The position numbers were made by a program, and so were the translations under genes. A DNA stretch of 64,000 bases from Hypanus sabinus. Lineage: Eukaryota. Each line of letters starts with the position of its first letter. Position 1 is the first letter of the stretch. Location of the stretch: the NCBI RefSeq assembly GCF_030144855.1, contig NC_082710.1:161758001-161822000 (forward strand), written 5' to 3'. Below the pieces are notes generated by a model. That model worked only from the letters and a program-made list of their open reading frames with translations, was not told the DNA's origin and searched no databases. This document shows, piece by piece, positions 37,867-50,404 of the stretch.

Positions 37867-38611
37867 TTGAAATATTTGCACAAAAGAAAAACAATCACTA
37901 TCTTTAAATTGTCCAATCTATCTTTAAAACATAAGAAAATCCAAATAATTACTTAAAAGAACTTTACTAAAGCTTACAGAATAAAAAAACAATTAATTCA
38001 TTTAAATGCTGCAGAAAAAAATTCTAGATGGTTCAAACTTAACTACAATCTATCAACAGTTCTCCCACTATATCTTCTGAGGTTGAAACCATCCAAACCA
38101 GTCTTTTTCAGAAATAAAAATGCATATTAAGGTAGAGACTTTCTATAACCATCAAATCTTCCAATCTCATCAGTCTTTACACCGCGAGACACTCAAGCCA
38201 TTATAAATCATTCAAACTTCAGGCTTCAGACTTGTCGTCTTTGAAATATTTGCACAAAAGAAAAACAGTCACCATCTTTAAATTATCCAATCTGTCTTTA
38301 AAACATAAAAAAATCCAAATAATTACTTTTAAACTTTGCAAAAGCATACGGAACAAAAAAAAAACTGTTGGCTCATTTAGATGCTGTAGAAAAAAAAATT
38401 CAGATGGTTCAGAATTAACTACCATCTTTCAATAGTTTTCAACTGTTCTCCACTATATCGTTGGAGGTTAAACCCATCCAAACCAGTCTTTTTCAGAGAT
38501 AAAAATACATCTTAAGGTAAAGACATTCTATAACCATCGTATCTTCCAATTTCATCACTTCACACCACGAGACAATCAAACTGTTGTAGATCATTCAAAC
38601 TTCAGGCTTCA
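37867..38611. repeat. tandem duplication (~374-bp period, 2 copies) in the L1 inter-ORF region
   Basis: Both copies start ttgaaatatttgcacaaaagaaaaaca (37867, 38241) and end tcattcaaacttcaggcttca. Confidence 0.9.
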
Positions 38612-39859
38612 AACTCATCATCAGACTCATCAGACAAAGAGTTAATAAAACACAATGCTTCAGCTGAATCATCAAAAATACGAGCTACAGAATTTTTAAC
38701 AAAAAGCCTTAAATTGGCTGGGTACTGTAATGATGGAAAAAGCTTTTTTTTGATACGCTAGTTTCATAGAAGAAGCGAATGCAGCACGTCTTTCAACAAT
38801 TTCGCGTGGAAAATCTTCAAAAAAGCGAACTTCTGAATTTTGAAAATGAAATCATCTTTGTTTTCTTGCAAGCTTAATAATGCAGTCCTTGTCTCTAAAA
38901 CAGAGAAAACGCACAACAATATGCATGTTTTTACCTTCATCCAAAGATTTTAAAGCACCGGTTCTATGAGCCTATACGATCTCTGGGAGTTACGAACAAA
39001 TCTCCAGAAATAAAGATTGAAAAATTTTAACAAAATAATCCAGTGTGTTGACAGATTCTGATTTCTCTTTTAATCAAACAATTCGAATATTATTCTGATG
39101 CTGTCGAGCTTCCAAATCTATGATTCGTTGTTGAGCCTTATCCAAACGAGAAGAAAGGTCAGCCACATTACAACTAACTTCTTTAAAATTGAGGCTCGAA
39201 GAGTCAATTTTGTCTTCAAATTTCTCTTTTCGTTGAGTTATTTTAGTGCCAATATTGCTGATTTGAGACTCTAATCTCCTAGGAGATTCTTCTCCAGGAG
39301 GGTTCTTCCGAGAAATCATCAGCTATTTTAGACTTTTCGTTAGATGGGTCTGGATTTCACCTGGTGGTCTTCAAAGTAGCCATGATTATAACTATTGCTG
39401 TACAGATTTGACTGAATAAAGTTGCAATTTCAAAGTATAAATCGGAAAAGGGAGAGATTAAAGGCAGACAAGAAGCAACTAGGTCTTACATGTCCGAAGC
39501 AGGAGGCTTTGGCCATGAAACAGTCTAATGCCGATGTTGGAGCTCATGTTCCGCCTGTTCATTCCCGGTCGACCTCCTTCGAACGTCATTGACCCACGGA
39601 CCCTTACTCCAAATCCACTCCTTCTGCTGGTCTACCAACTCTCTCTTTTTGCATCTTCAATCATCTCTTGCTGACAAAAAGCCCGCAAATTCCTTCTCTC
39701 AGACCCACAAGAAAGAACAACATGCCTCTCATGGGATGGCGCACATTCCAAATCCCTATTATCTCTAGTAATAACCTAAACCTGCTGCTTCAGAGAAACC
39801 ATTATGCTAGCAGTGAAGCATTACAGGGAGACCATTACATTAGCAGTGAAATCTTACAG

Positions 39860-40040
39860 AGAATTACACTGCCAATTCATACGTCTCCGGACTGTAGAGG
39901 AAATTGGAGCACGCAGAAGAATTCCACACAGTCACACGAAGAATGTACAAACTCCAGACAGACAGCGGCCAGAATTGAACCTGGGTCACTGGTACTGTGA
40001 AGATTGTGCGAACCACAGCTCTAGCATGCCGCCCCTACAT
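39860..40040 (-). mobile_element. HE1-like tRNA-derived SINE
   Basis: Degenerate B-box (reverse complement of aattgaacc); core shared with 1390-1552. Confidence 0.55.
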
Positions 40041-40434
40041 CAGTCGGGCAAAAAAAAAAGAGATGAATTGTTCATGGGTTCAATGTCCATTCATAAATCT
40101 GATAGCAGAGGGGAGGAAGCTGTCCCTGAATTGTTCAGTGTGTGCCTTGCGGCTCCTGTACCCCCTTCCTAATGGTAATATTCACAAGAGGGCGTGTCGT
40201 GGGTGATGGGAGTCCTTAATGAGTTGAGCAGTCAGCTAAGCACTGAAGTCAATAAACAGTACCCTGACATAAGTATTACTATTGTCCAGGTGAACATGTG
40301 ATCAAGTTGCCCTGCACAGCTTGGTCCTGAAACTACAGTAAAATGTTCATGTAATATTACTCCTGTGCTGTAGTTGTCTCACTTTCACCTGTTCTACAGT
40401 TTAAATGATTATATTTTCTTTTTATTCTGATCAG

Positions 40435-40740
40435 CTGAAAGGGAAGAAGTGATTGGTGTCCTTGGTTCATCAGTTTTACTGGATCCTGAAATCACCGTTG
40501 ATTCCAGCAAGAATGAAATCCTTTGGACTTTCAAAGCCAGCAACAAAAGCCATGATGTTATTTTGGATCACATCCCAGGTGTCACCACATTGGAACCAAG
40601 TGAACAGTTCAAGGACCGTTTACAATTCAACGCTTCGAGTGGTGCACTGACGATAAGCAGATTAAATGCCAGTGACCAAGGAGATTACACCTTCACTGTT
40701 GATGGGAAAGAGTTAAAAATAATGGAGTTGCTTGTCATTG
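40435..40740 (+). CDS. Ig-superfamily gene exon: V-set domain 1 (CD2/CEACAM/HEPACAM type, Cys-less)
   Basis: tcag| acceptor after a pyrimidine tract, |gtaag donor, 306 nt, phase 1-1; 'VLGSSVLLDP..EILWTF..FKDRLQFNASSGALTISRL..DQGDYTF'. Confidence 0.88.
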
Positions 40741-41139
40741 GTAAGAAGTTTCAGATATTTGTGATGTAGTGTGTGATTTATTAATGGCAGAATCTGCCGT
40801 AGAAACTATGATCTGTGATTTTTATTTCCATCAAAGTCTAAGCAGGATAACCTCTGCTGTGACTCATCAACTGAGTCATCGGAGCAACATTGAAGCTGGT
40901 GATATAAAAACAGCAGAATTTCTACAGAGAATCTGAACCTCCTTTCTTCACTCACAGTCTTAGAGTTTTTAAACGCAAATAAAGCCATAAATGAACAACT
41001 ACAATTTCAATTGCTATAATTACCAACCAACCTCTAACATTTTGAATATTTGTAGAAATCGTAGAATTATATATTTATAATAGTAATACATCCCAGGTAG
41101 TAGAATCCTTTTGAATATTCAGTGAAGGTAAGATTAGGA

Positions 41140-44100
41140 TGCTCTGGAGGATGAACACGTGGCTGAGGAACTGGTGTAGGGGGCAGGGTTTCTGATTTCA
41201 GGATCATTGGGACCTCTTCTGGGGCAGGTAGGACCTATACAAGAGAGACAGGTTACATCTGAACTACAGGGAGACCAATATTCTTGCACGGAAGTTTGTT
41301 AGTGCTATTGAGGGGGTTTAAACTAGATTTGCAGGGGGATGGGAACCAGAGTGCCAGAGTAGATAGTAGAGCGGGGGTGAAAATAAATGATGTTAAAGGT
41401 TCATGCAAAATTACAAACAGAAGGGTTGTGTGTGGTAGTAATAATCTTCTGAGGTGTGTCTATTTCAATGTGAGGAGTATTGTGGGGAAGGCTGATGAGC
41501 TGAGGGCATGGATTGACACGTGCAATTATGACATTGTAGCCATTAGTGAAACTTGTGTACAGGAGGGACAGGACTCGCAGCTTAATGTTCCAGGGATTCA
41601 ATGTTTCAGAAGTGATAGAGGCAGAGGAATGAAGGGTGGGGGGTTGGGTGGCATTGCTAGTCAGGGAATATGTCACAGCAGTGCTCAGGCAGGACAGATA
41701 AGAGGGCTTGTCTACTGAGGCCATATTGGTGGAACTGAGAAACAGGAAAGGTATGACCTCATTAATGAGGTTGTATTATAGGCCACTCAATAGTCAGTGA
41801 GAATTAGAGGAGTAAATCTGCAGAGAGATAGCAGACAACCGCAGGAAACATGAAGGGGATTTTAGTTTTCCACATATTGACTGGGACTCCCATACTGTTA
41901 GTCTAGATGGGTTAAAGTTTGTAAAATGTGTTCAGGAAAGTTTTCTAGATCAATATTTAAAGGTACCAACTAGAGAGGATGCAATATTAAATCTCCTATT
42001 AGGAAACGAGTTAGGACAGGTGACGGAAGTGTGTGTAGGGGAATACTTTGGTTCCGGTGATCATAACACGATTAGTTTCAACCTTATCATGGATAAAGAT
42101 AGATCTGGTCCCTGAGTTCTAAACTGGAAAAAGGCCAAATTTGAAGAAATGAGAAAGGATCTAAAAAGTGTAGATTGAGACAGGTTGTTCTCTGATAAAG
42201 CTGTGATTGATAATGGGAGGCCTTCAAAGGAGAAATTTTGAGAGTGCAGAGTTTGTATGTTCCCATCAAGATTAAAGGCAAAGTGAATAAGAATAAGGAA
42301 CCTTGGTTCTCTCGGGATACTTGAACTCTGATAAAGAAGAGAGAGATGTATGACATGTATGAAACAGGGAGCAAATAAGGTGCTTGAGGAGTATAAAAAG
42401 TGCAAAAAAAATAAGAAAGAAATCAGGAGAGCTAAAAGAAGACATGAGGTAGCTTTGGCATTCAAGGTGAAGAATAATCCAAAGAGCTTCTACAGGTATA
42501 TTAAGAGCAAAAGGATAGTGAGGGATAAAATTGGTCCTCTTGAAGATCAGAGTGGATGGCTATGCATGAAACCAAATGAAATAGGGGAGATCTTAAATGG
42601 GATTTTTGCATCTGTATTTACTAAGGAAACTGGCATGGAGTCAATGGAAATAAGGCAAACAGGTAGTGAGGTCATGGAACCTATACAGTTTGAAGAAGAG
42701 GAGGTGCTAACTATCTTGAGGCAAATCAGAGTAGATAAATCCCCAGGACCTGACAGGGTATTCCCTCAGACCTTGAGAGAGACTAGTGTTGAAATTGCAG
42801 GGTCCCTGGCAAATATACTTAAAATGTTGTTAACTACGGGTGAGGTGCCGGAGGATAGCGCATGTTGTTCTGTTGTTTAAAAAAGGCTCTAAAAGTAATC
42901 TGGAAATAATAGGCTGGAAAATTTGACATCGGTGGTAGGTAAATTATTGGAAGGAGTACTAAGAGATATAACCTGCAAGTACTTAGATAGACAAGGACGT
43001 GTTAGGGAGAGTCAACACGGCTTTGTGTGCAGTAGAACATGTTTAACAAATCTATTAAAGTTATTCGAAAAAGTTACCAGGAAAGTGGATGAAGGGAAGG
43101 CAGTGGATGTTGTCTACATGGACTTCAGTAAGGCCTTTGACAAGGTCCTGCATGGGAGGTTAGTTAGGAAGATTCAGTCACTAGGTATACATGGTGAGGT
43201 AGTAAATTGGATTAGACATTGACTCAATGGAAGAAGCCAGAGAGTGGTAGTGGAGGATTGCTTCTCTGAGTGGAGGCCTGTGACTAGTGGTGTGCCATAG
43301 GGATCAGTGCTGGGTCCATTGTTATTTGTCATCTATATCAGTGATCTGGATGATAATGTGGTAAATTGGATCAGCAAATTTCCTGGCGATACAAAGATTG
43401 GAGGTTTAGTGGACAGTGAGGAAGGTTTTTAAAGATTTCAGAAGGATTTGGACCAGTTGGAAAAATGGACTAAAAAATGCCAGATGGAGTTTTATACAGA
43501 TAAGTGTGAGGAATTGCACTTTGGAAGAAAAAACCAAGGTAAAACATAAAAGGTAAATGGTAGGGTACTGTTGAGTGCAGTAGAACTGAGAGATCTAGGA
43601 ATACAGATACAAAATTCCTTAAAAGTGGCATCACAGGTAGATAGGATAGTAAAGAGAGCTTTAGGTACATTGGTCTTTATAAATCAAAGTATTGAGTACA
43701 TGTATAAGAAATGGAATTTTATGGTGAGGTTGTATAAGGCATTGGTGAGGCCAATTTTGGAGTATTGTGTGCAGTTCTGGTCCCCGAGTTACAGGAAGGG
43801 TATTAATAAAGTTGAAAGAGTGCAGAGAAGGTTTACAAGGATGTTGCCGGGACTTAAGAAACTGAGTTATAGAGAAAGGTTGAATAGGTTAGGGATTTAT
43901 TCCTAATAGAAGAAGGAGGGGAGACTTGACAGAGGTATATAAAATTATGATGGGTATAGATAGAGTGAATGCAAGCAGGCTTTTTCCACTGAGGCCAGGG
44001 GAGCAAAAAACCAGAGGACATGGGTTAGGGGTGAAAGGGGAAAAGTTTAAAGTGAACATTGGGGTGGGGGGCTTCACAGAGAGAGTGGTGGGAGTGTGGA

Positions 44101-44290
44101 ATGAGCTGCCAGATGAAGTGGTAAATGCGGGCTCACTTTTACATTTAAAAAAAACTTGGACAGGTACATGGATGAGAGCAGGTTGGAGGGATATGGGCCA
44201 GGTGCAGGTCAGTGGGACTAGGCAGAAAAATGGTTCGGCACAGCCAGGAAAGGCCAAAAGGCCTGGTTCTGTGTTGTAATGTTCTATGGT
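41140..44290 (+). mobile_element. decayed CR1 LINE (ORF1 end to 3' tail)
   Basis: EN 'CVYFNVRSIVGKADEL', RT 'VDVVYMDFSKAFDKV', 'LEYCVQFWSP', tail tgttgtaatgttctatggttc. Confidence 0.9.
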
Positions 44291-44799
44291 TCAAACTTAG
44301 GAGACTGGTCTGAAAGCTTCTGAGCACAAACTCCAAACAGCCAAAATACATCTCTTTTGTCAAAGTGCTGACGGAAGGTTCTCTGAATACAGAACTGGCC
44401 AGAATATTAACTGACAAAACAGACCTGTCCTGAACGATGCATTGTGACATGGATACACTTTAACATTGTGGTAATGCAGATAATGGCTACTTAACGATTT
44501 TCCTGATCACACCCTGAGGATTTAAATGATCACCTACCAACATGAACATTCGTGTATTGTCTTCCCCTGGTGCAGAGTCAGAATGTCCTAAAAGCTCCAA
44601 AGCCTGGAGCTCTGTACCTCTCTCTGCTACTGTATTCTTGACTTTCTCACTGGGAGACCAGTCACCGTGGATCAGAAATAACATCCCCACCTTGCTGACT
44701 GCGAGGACTTCGAGGACTGCGTGCTTAGCTGTCTGCTCTAGTCTCTCGACACCACCTCTGTTTGGCTAGGCACAGCTCAAGCTCCATCTGTAAATTTGC

Positions 44800-45130
44800 A
44801 GGTGGTACAACTATACAACTAGTGTTGGCAGAATTTCAGGTGTTGATGAGGAGGTGTGCAAGAGTGAGACAGATCATTGGTTGAGTGCTGTGATGACAGC
44901 AATCCTACCCTCAGCATAACACAGACCAAGGAATTTATTCTGGACTTCAGGAAGGCAAAATGGAGGGAAAACTCCCCAGCCCACTTCAATGGATCAGCCA
45001 TGGAAAGGGTGAGCAGATTCAAGTTCCTCGATGTCAACACCACTGAAGATCTGTCCTGGGCCTATTATTGATGCAATCACAAAGAGGGCACAACAGCGGC
45101 TATGTTTCATTATGAGTTTGCAGAGACATG
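44800..45130 (+). mobile_element. Rex1/Babar-like LINE RT fragment
   Basis: 'WCDDSNPTLSITQTKEFILDFRK..RVSRFKFLDV'. Confidence 0.65.
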
Positions 45131-45292
45131 GTAAAAGACAATAAGACAAAGGGGCAGATTTAGGCCATTTGGCCCATCGAGTCTGCTCTGCCATTCAATC
45201 ATGGCTGATCCTTTTTTTCTCCTCCTCAACCCAATTTCCCGGCCTTCTACACATAGCCTTTGACCCATGTCTAATGAAGAACCTATCAATCT

Positions 45293-45324
45293 CTGACGAA
45301 GGGTCTCGGCCCGAAACGTTGACT
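45293..45324 (+). ncRNA. minimal hammerhead motif (PLE tail fragment)
   Basis: CUGACGA-A-GGG(UCUCGG)CCC-GAAAC-GUU-GACU; the 5' strand of helix I is missing. Confidence 0.5.
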
Positions 45325-45399
45325 GCTCATTTCCGCAGATGCTGCCAAACCTGCTGAGTTCCTCCAGCTTGTTTGTATGTGTTGCTTTGACACAGCATC

Positions 45400-46230
45400 T
45401 GCAATGTACTTTGTGTTAACCTATGAATCTCTGCCTTAAATACCCTCAATGACCTGGCCTCCACAGCTGCATGTGGCAACAAATTCACCACCCTCCGGCT
45501 AAAGAAATTTTCCTGCATCTCTGTTTTGAATGAGTGCCCTTCTATCCTGAGGCTGTGCCCTTTTGTCCTAGATTATCCCACCAGGGGAAACATTATTTCC
45601 ACATCTACTCTGTCTAGGCCTTAAAACACTTGAAAGGTTTCAATGAGATTCCGCCCCCCCCCCCCCCCACCAATCCTTCTAAATTTCAGTGAGTACAGAC
45701 CCAGGGCCATCAAAAGTATCTCATATGATATGATAACACTTTCTTTCTTGGAATCATCCTTGTGAACCTCCTCCTGACCCTCTCCAATGCCAGTACATCT
45801 TTTCTAAGATGAGGGGCACAAAACTGTTCACAATACTCAAGGTGAAGCCTCACCAGTGCCTTATAAAGCCTCAGCATCACATCCCTGCTCTTGTATTCTA
45901 GACCTTTTGAAATGAATGCCAAAATGGCATTTGCCTTCCACACCACCGACTCAACCTGCAAGTTGACATTTGCATCTCAGATTTTTGGATTTTCTCCCCA
46001 TTTAGAAAATAGTCTGCACATTTATTTCTACTACCAAAGTTTATGGCCATGCATTTTCCAACATTATATTTCATTTGCCACTTTCTTACTCATTCCCCTA
46101 ACCTGTCTCAAGTCCTTCTGCATCCTACATGTTTTCTCAACACTACATGCCCCTCCATCATTAGTAACAAAGCCATCTATTCCATCATCTAAATCATTGA
46201 TGTACAGCATAAAAAGAAGTGATCAGGTTT
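45400..46230 (-). mobile_element. CR1 3' fragment
   Basis: 'KGLEYKSRDVMLRLYKALVRLHLEYC..RRRFTRMIP'. Confidence 0.85.
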
Positions 46231-46299
46231 GCTGACAACACCACTGTCATAGGCTGAGTCAAATGTGGTGATAAATCAGCCTCTATATCCTTACGATTT

Positions 46300-46700
46300 G
46301 GCAAAAATTCAGCATGACATCTAAAACTCTGACAAACCTCTATAGATGTGTGGTGGAGGGTGTATTGACTGGTTGTGTCACAGCCTGGTCTGGAAATAAC
46401 AATGTCATTGAATGGAAAATCCTTCAAAAAGTATCAGATATGGTTCAGTCCATCATTACGGCTAAAGCCCTCCTAACCACTGAGCAAATCTACACAGAGT
46501 GCTGTTACAGGAAAGCAGCATCATCAGGGACTCCCACCACCCAGGTTGTGCCCTCTTCTCACTGTTGCCATCTGGGAGAATTACAGGAGCCTCAGGACTC
46601 ACGCTACCAGGATCAGGAACAGTTATTACCCCTCAACCACCATCAGGCTCTTGAACCAAAGGGGATAACTTCAGTCAACTTCACTTTCCCCATCAATGAA
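46300..46700 (+). mobile_element. Rex1/Babar-like LINE 3' fragment
   Basis: 'LTNLYRCVVEGVLTGCVTAWSGN' (DUF1891-like); paralogous to 49400-49930. Confidence 0.65.
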
Positions 46701-47419
46701 GTGTTCCCACAGCCAATGGACTTGCTTTCAAAGACTGTCACCAAATCATATCGTTTCCTCACAGCACATGCTTTGCGGCCCGGAACCGGTTCACAGCCCG
46801 GTGGTTGAGGACCACTGTCCAAGATGGAGTGGGTGAGACTCAGATCAGGTGCACAAATCCCATATAATTGGAGCAAAAATGTACCCAATGTGTCCCTCAC
46901 CCTGATGACCAACTTCATGTGTGGCTGCATCAGGCTGTGTGTGGAACCTAAATACATGGGCACCAGGTACCACCACGTGCTGAGGTTCTGCCTGTTCCCT
47001 GTGTTGCCAAGGTGTTGAAACTGAGAGATGTTTCTGAAAAGGGGATGAATGAACCCCAGAAAAATATGAAGGTGAGACAATTCAACTTTCTGAGAGATGG
47101 AGAATAGAGAAATCTGAAGCCAGTGAATTGCCAGTTTTGGAGCCAGTGTAGATCAGAAGCACTGGGGTCTGGCTTGAACAGGTATAGTGTGAGAGTGTCG
47201 GATCAGCCAAAGTTGATGAGGGGCTTGAGGTGGGAGGCTGAGCCAGAAAGAACTTCCACAACATTCTTGACCGAAAGACAAGTTCCTGTAACCCCAGTAA
47301 AGAGTGGCTCAATATCTATTCAGTAGTATGTTCTCATTTGCTGTAGTTTCACAAAGTTCTCTGTTTAAGTGTTTCACAGCCACCACATTTTAAATGAGTA
47401 CAAATATTTTTATTAACAG

Positions 47420-47710
47420 ATAAAGTGAAAGAAGAGGTTGGTCTCCTTGGCTCATCAGTTTTACTGGATCCTGAACTCAAAGTTGATCCCAGCAAGAGTG
47501 AAATAATTTGGAACTTCATTGGCAGGAGCATTTTGCATCATGTCCCAGGTCACAGCTTAGTGGAACTGAGTGACGAGTTCAAGTTTCGCCTGCACTTTAA
47601 TACTTCTAATGGTGCTCTGACTGTGAATGGAACAGAACACGGTGACCAAGGAGATTACGCCTTCATTGTGGATGGACAGGAGCTGAGAATAATACAACTA
47701 CGCCTCCTTG
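47420..47710 (+). CDS. Ig-superfamily gene exon: V-set domain 2 (paralogue of domain 1)
   Basis: acag| acceptor, |gtaggt donor, 291 nt, phase 1-1; 'LLGSSVLLDP..EIIWNF..FKFRLHFNTSNGALTV..DQGDYAF'. Confidence 0.88.
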
Positions 47711-49399
47711 GTAGGTAGTTTTATGTTACATAGAACATAGAACAGTACAACATAGTTCAGGCCATTTGGCCCACAATGTTATGCTGACCTTTTAACCTAT
47801 TCCAAGATAAATCTAACCCTTCCCTTCCACATAGATACCCATTTTTCTTTCATCTGTGTGCTGATTCAGGATGTGATTGGGTACGGAATTCACCATAGTT
47901 TTTGTATTTTCCAGTAGAGGCTAAGTTGGGTGACTCACCTGATAGAATAAACACTGAGGTGTCAGATATTGAATGCAGCCGTCAGTCAACCCCCATCTCT
48001 GTGAGTACCTGCCATCCCAAGGAGGAGCCCGTTCGGGATTTGATCCAACACTCATTGCTGCACTGGTGGGATGAGGGAAGAAGAACTGTTTGTCAAACCT
48101 GAGGCTTGGGTTTTCTGTTGGAGAGAACAGAAGGAAATGGTTGTGAAGTGAAGGTGTGGATGGATGGAAAAGGTGGAGAAATGGAAAAAGTAGCAAGAGA
48201 AGGGATGGGAGGGGAGGGAGGTACAAAATGCATTAGATCAGTGTGGGAAATGGGGAAAGGGGTGTGACATAATGGTGAAAGAAACTTCAATAACAAAGAT
48301 AATAAATGAAAGAAGATGAAATTTATTTATCGAGCACTTTTCACACAGATGGTGTAGTTCAAAGTTGTTTGCAATGGGATAAAAGTACAAATATGAAAAA
48401 TAAAATAAAAATATACGTAAATAAAAGACAAAACGATGCAAGATTAAATAAATAGATATTAAGCTCTCATTTAAAGGTGTCAACTGAGTCTGCATCCCCT
48501 ATGGTTTTAGTATTGAATTCAATAATTGAGGAGCGCAGTTCAGAAAAGCTGACCTGCCTATTTTGTTCTGAGGGAGATTTTTAATTTAAGAGACCGGTGG
48601 CAGAAAACCTGAGAGCCTGAGCAGGATTATGAAAGGAAAGTGATTCTGTGATGTACTCTGGTCACAAACCAGTAAGAGTTTTAAAAACAGGGAAGACAAT
48701 ATTAATATTAATTTTTAAAGATACAGCAATCTCCTGGAGCTGCCAAATTCCACCCCACCAAATTTTTATTGGTGTGTTTATGTGCGATAATGCCATTCTC
48801 TGAACTGTGAAGTCAGCAATGTATTGTAATAAACCTTTTGATTCTGTTTCATAATTCCAGCTATTGAGATAAGGACTAGAATTTTGGCAAACTGACCAGG
48901 GAGGAAGATGGATGATATAAAAATAATTAAGATTGGTGTCTCTGTTTATGTTTTTAAAATCAATACAATGCTCACAATGATGAGATTAATCTTGTTGTTT
49001 AAACCCTGCTTCTGACATAAACATTCAGCCCCTGGAGAAGGTGATCTGTGAGAAATATTTCGAGCCTGGCTGACAAAAAGACAACAAACCTGAGGATGTT
49101 CTCTGAAATAACAAGACCAGAATCTTATTGAAAATGCTGAGGTGTCAGGGTATCGATGTTCCCTGTGCAGATGGGTCACTGGTGGGTTAAAATGCAGTAA
49201 TGGAGTGTGAGGGAGGGGTAATTCCACAGCCTATTAAATGTACACCTTCCCCTTCCTCCTGAGGTGCCGTGTCTGATGGTTTCCACGGCAGTGCCCGTTT
49301 CATTGATTTCAATGTCTGTTCCTCATGACAAAAGTCAGGAAAGCATTTCCATGTGTGAGGCTGCTCAGTCCCACTGGGAAAACAGCAAGAGTTCTTGGA

Positions 49400-49930
49400 G
49401 CTGGTGGTGATTCTGGGATGAAAGGTGGTGATGAATCAACATACAGGAGGGAGACTGAATATCTGTCTGAGTGGTGCCACAGCAATAACCTCTTCCCCAA
49501 TGTCAGCAAGACCAAGGACCTGATTACTGACTTCAGGAGGAAACCAGAGGTCCATGAGCCATTCCCATCAGAGGATCAGAGTCGGAGAGGGTCGGCAACT
49601 TTAAATTCCTTGGTGTTATCATTACAGAGGACTTGTGCTGGGGCAGCAGTTAAAAACAAAATGAAGAATGTGCAGCAGTGCCTCTACTCCCTTCGAAATT
49701 TGCGGAGATTCAGCGTGACACCTGAAAATCTGACAGACTTCTGTAGATGTGTGGTGGAGAGTATATTGACTGGCTGCATCATTGGAACCACCAATGCCCT
49801 TCAACAGAAAATCCTACAAGGAGTAGTGGATACGGCCCAGTCCATCACGGGTAAAGCCCTCCCCACCATTGAGCACATCTACATGGAGAGTTGTTGCAGG
49901 AAAGCAGCCTCCATCATCAGGGACCCCACC
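49400..49930 (+). mobile_element. Rex1/Babar-like LINE 3' fragment
   Basis: 'LSEWCHSNNLFPNVSKTKDLITDFRR', 'LTDFCRCVVESILTGCI'. Confidence 0.7.
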
Positions 49931-49974
49931 ACTCATTCAGAAACAAGTTTTCACCCTCAACCATCAGACACTTG

Positions 49975-50400
49975 AATCAAAGCGGAGTGAGTGGGAAGAT
50001 GGATGATTGGGAAGCTTTTAAAATCCAGCAAAAAGCAACTAAAAAGCAATATGAAGGGAAAAGATGAAAAATGAGGGCAGATTGGCTAATAATATAAAGC
50101 AGGATACCAAAAGCTTTTTCTGTTATATAAAGAGTAAAAGGGAGGTCCAGGTTGATATTGGTCCACTGGAAAGTGATGCCAGTGAAGTAGTAACTTGAGA
50201 CAAAGAAATGGCAGATGAACTTAATCGGGACTTTGTATCAGTCTTCACTGTGGAAGACACTAGCAGTGTGTCAGAAGTCTGTGAGTGTCACTGCTATTAC
50301 AAAGGAAAAAGTGCGCGGCAAAGTGAAAGGTCTTAAGGTGGATAAGTCACCTGTGACAGATGGACTACATCCCAGAACCCTGAAAGAGGTTGCTGAAGAG
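49975..50400 (+). mobile_element. CR1 ORF2 fragment
   Basis: 'KGLKVDKSPVTDGLHPRTLKEVAEEI'. Confidence 0.75.
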
Positions 50401-50404
50401 ATCT

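Larger units (their letters stand above)
29690..39480 (-). mobile_element. old near full-length L1 (ORF1 ~38700-39320, ORF2 ~33900-37430), split by a younger L1
   Basis: ORF1 coiled coil '..IIDLEARQHQNNIRIV'; EN 'TWTVHGWNHPIK', 'LVNIYGPN'; RT 'YRPILLLNVDAKILSK', 'DFGKFSGYKLN'; AATAAA and tail near 29700; heavily frameshifted. Confidence 0.85.
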
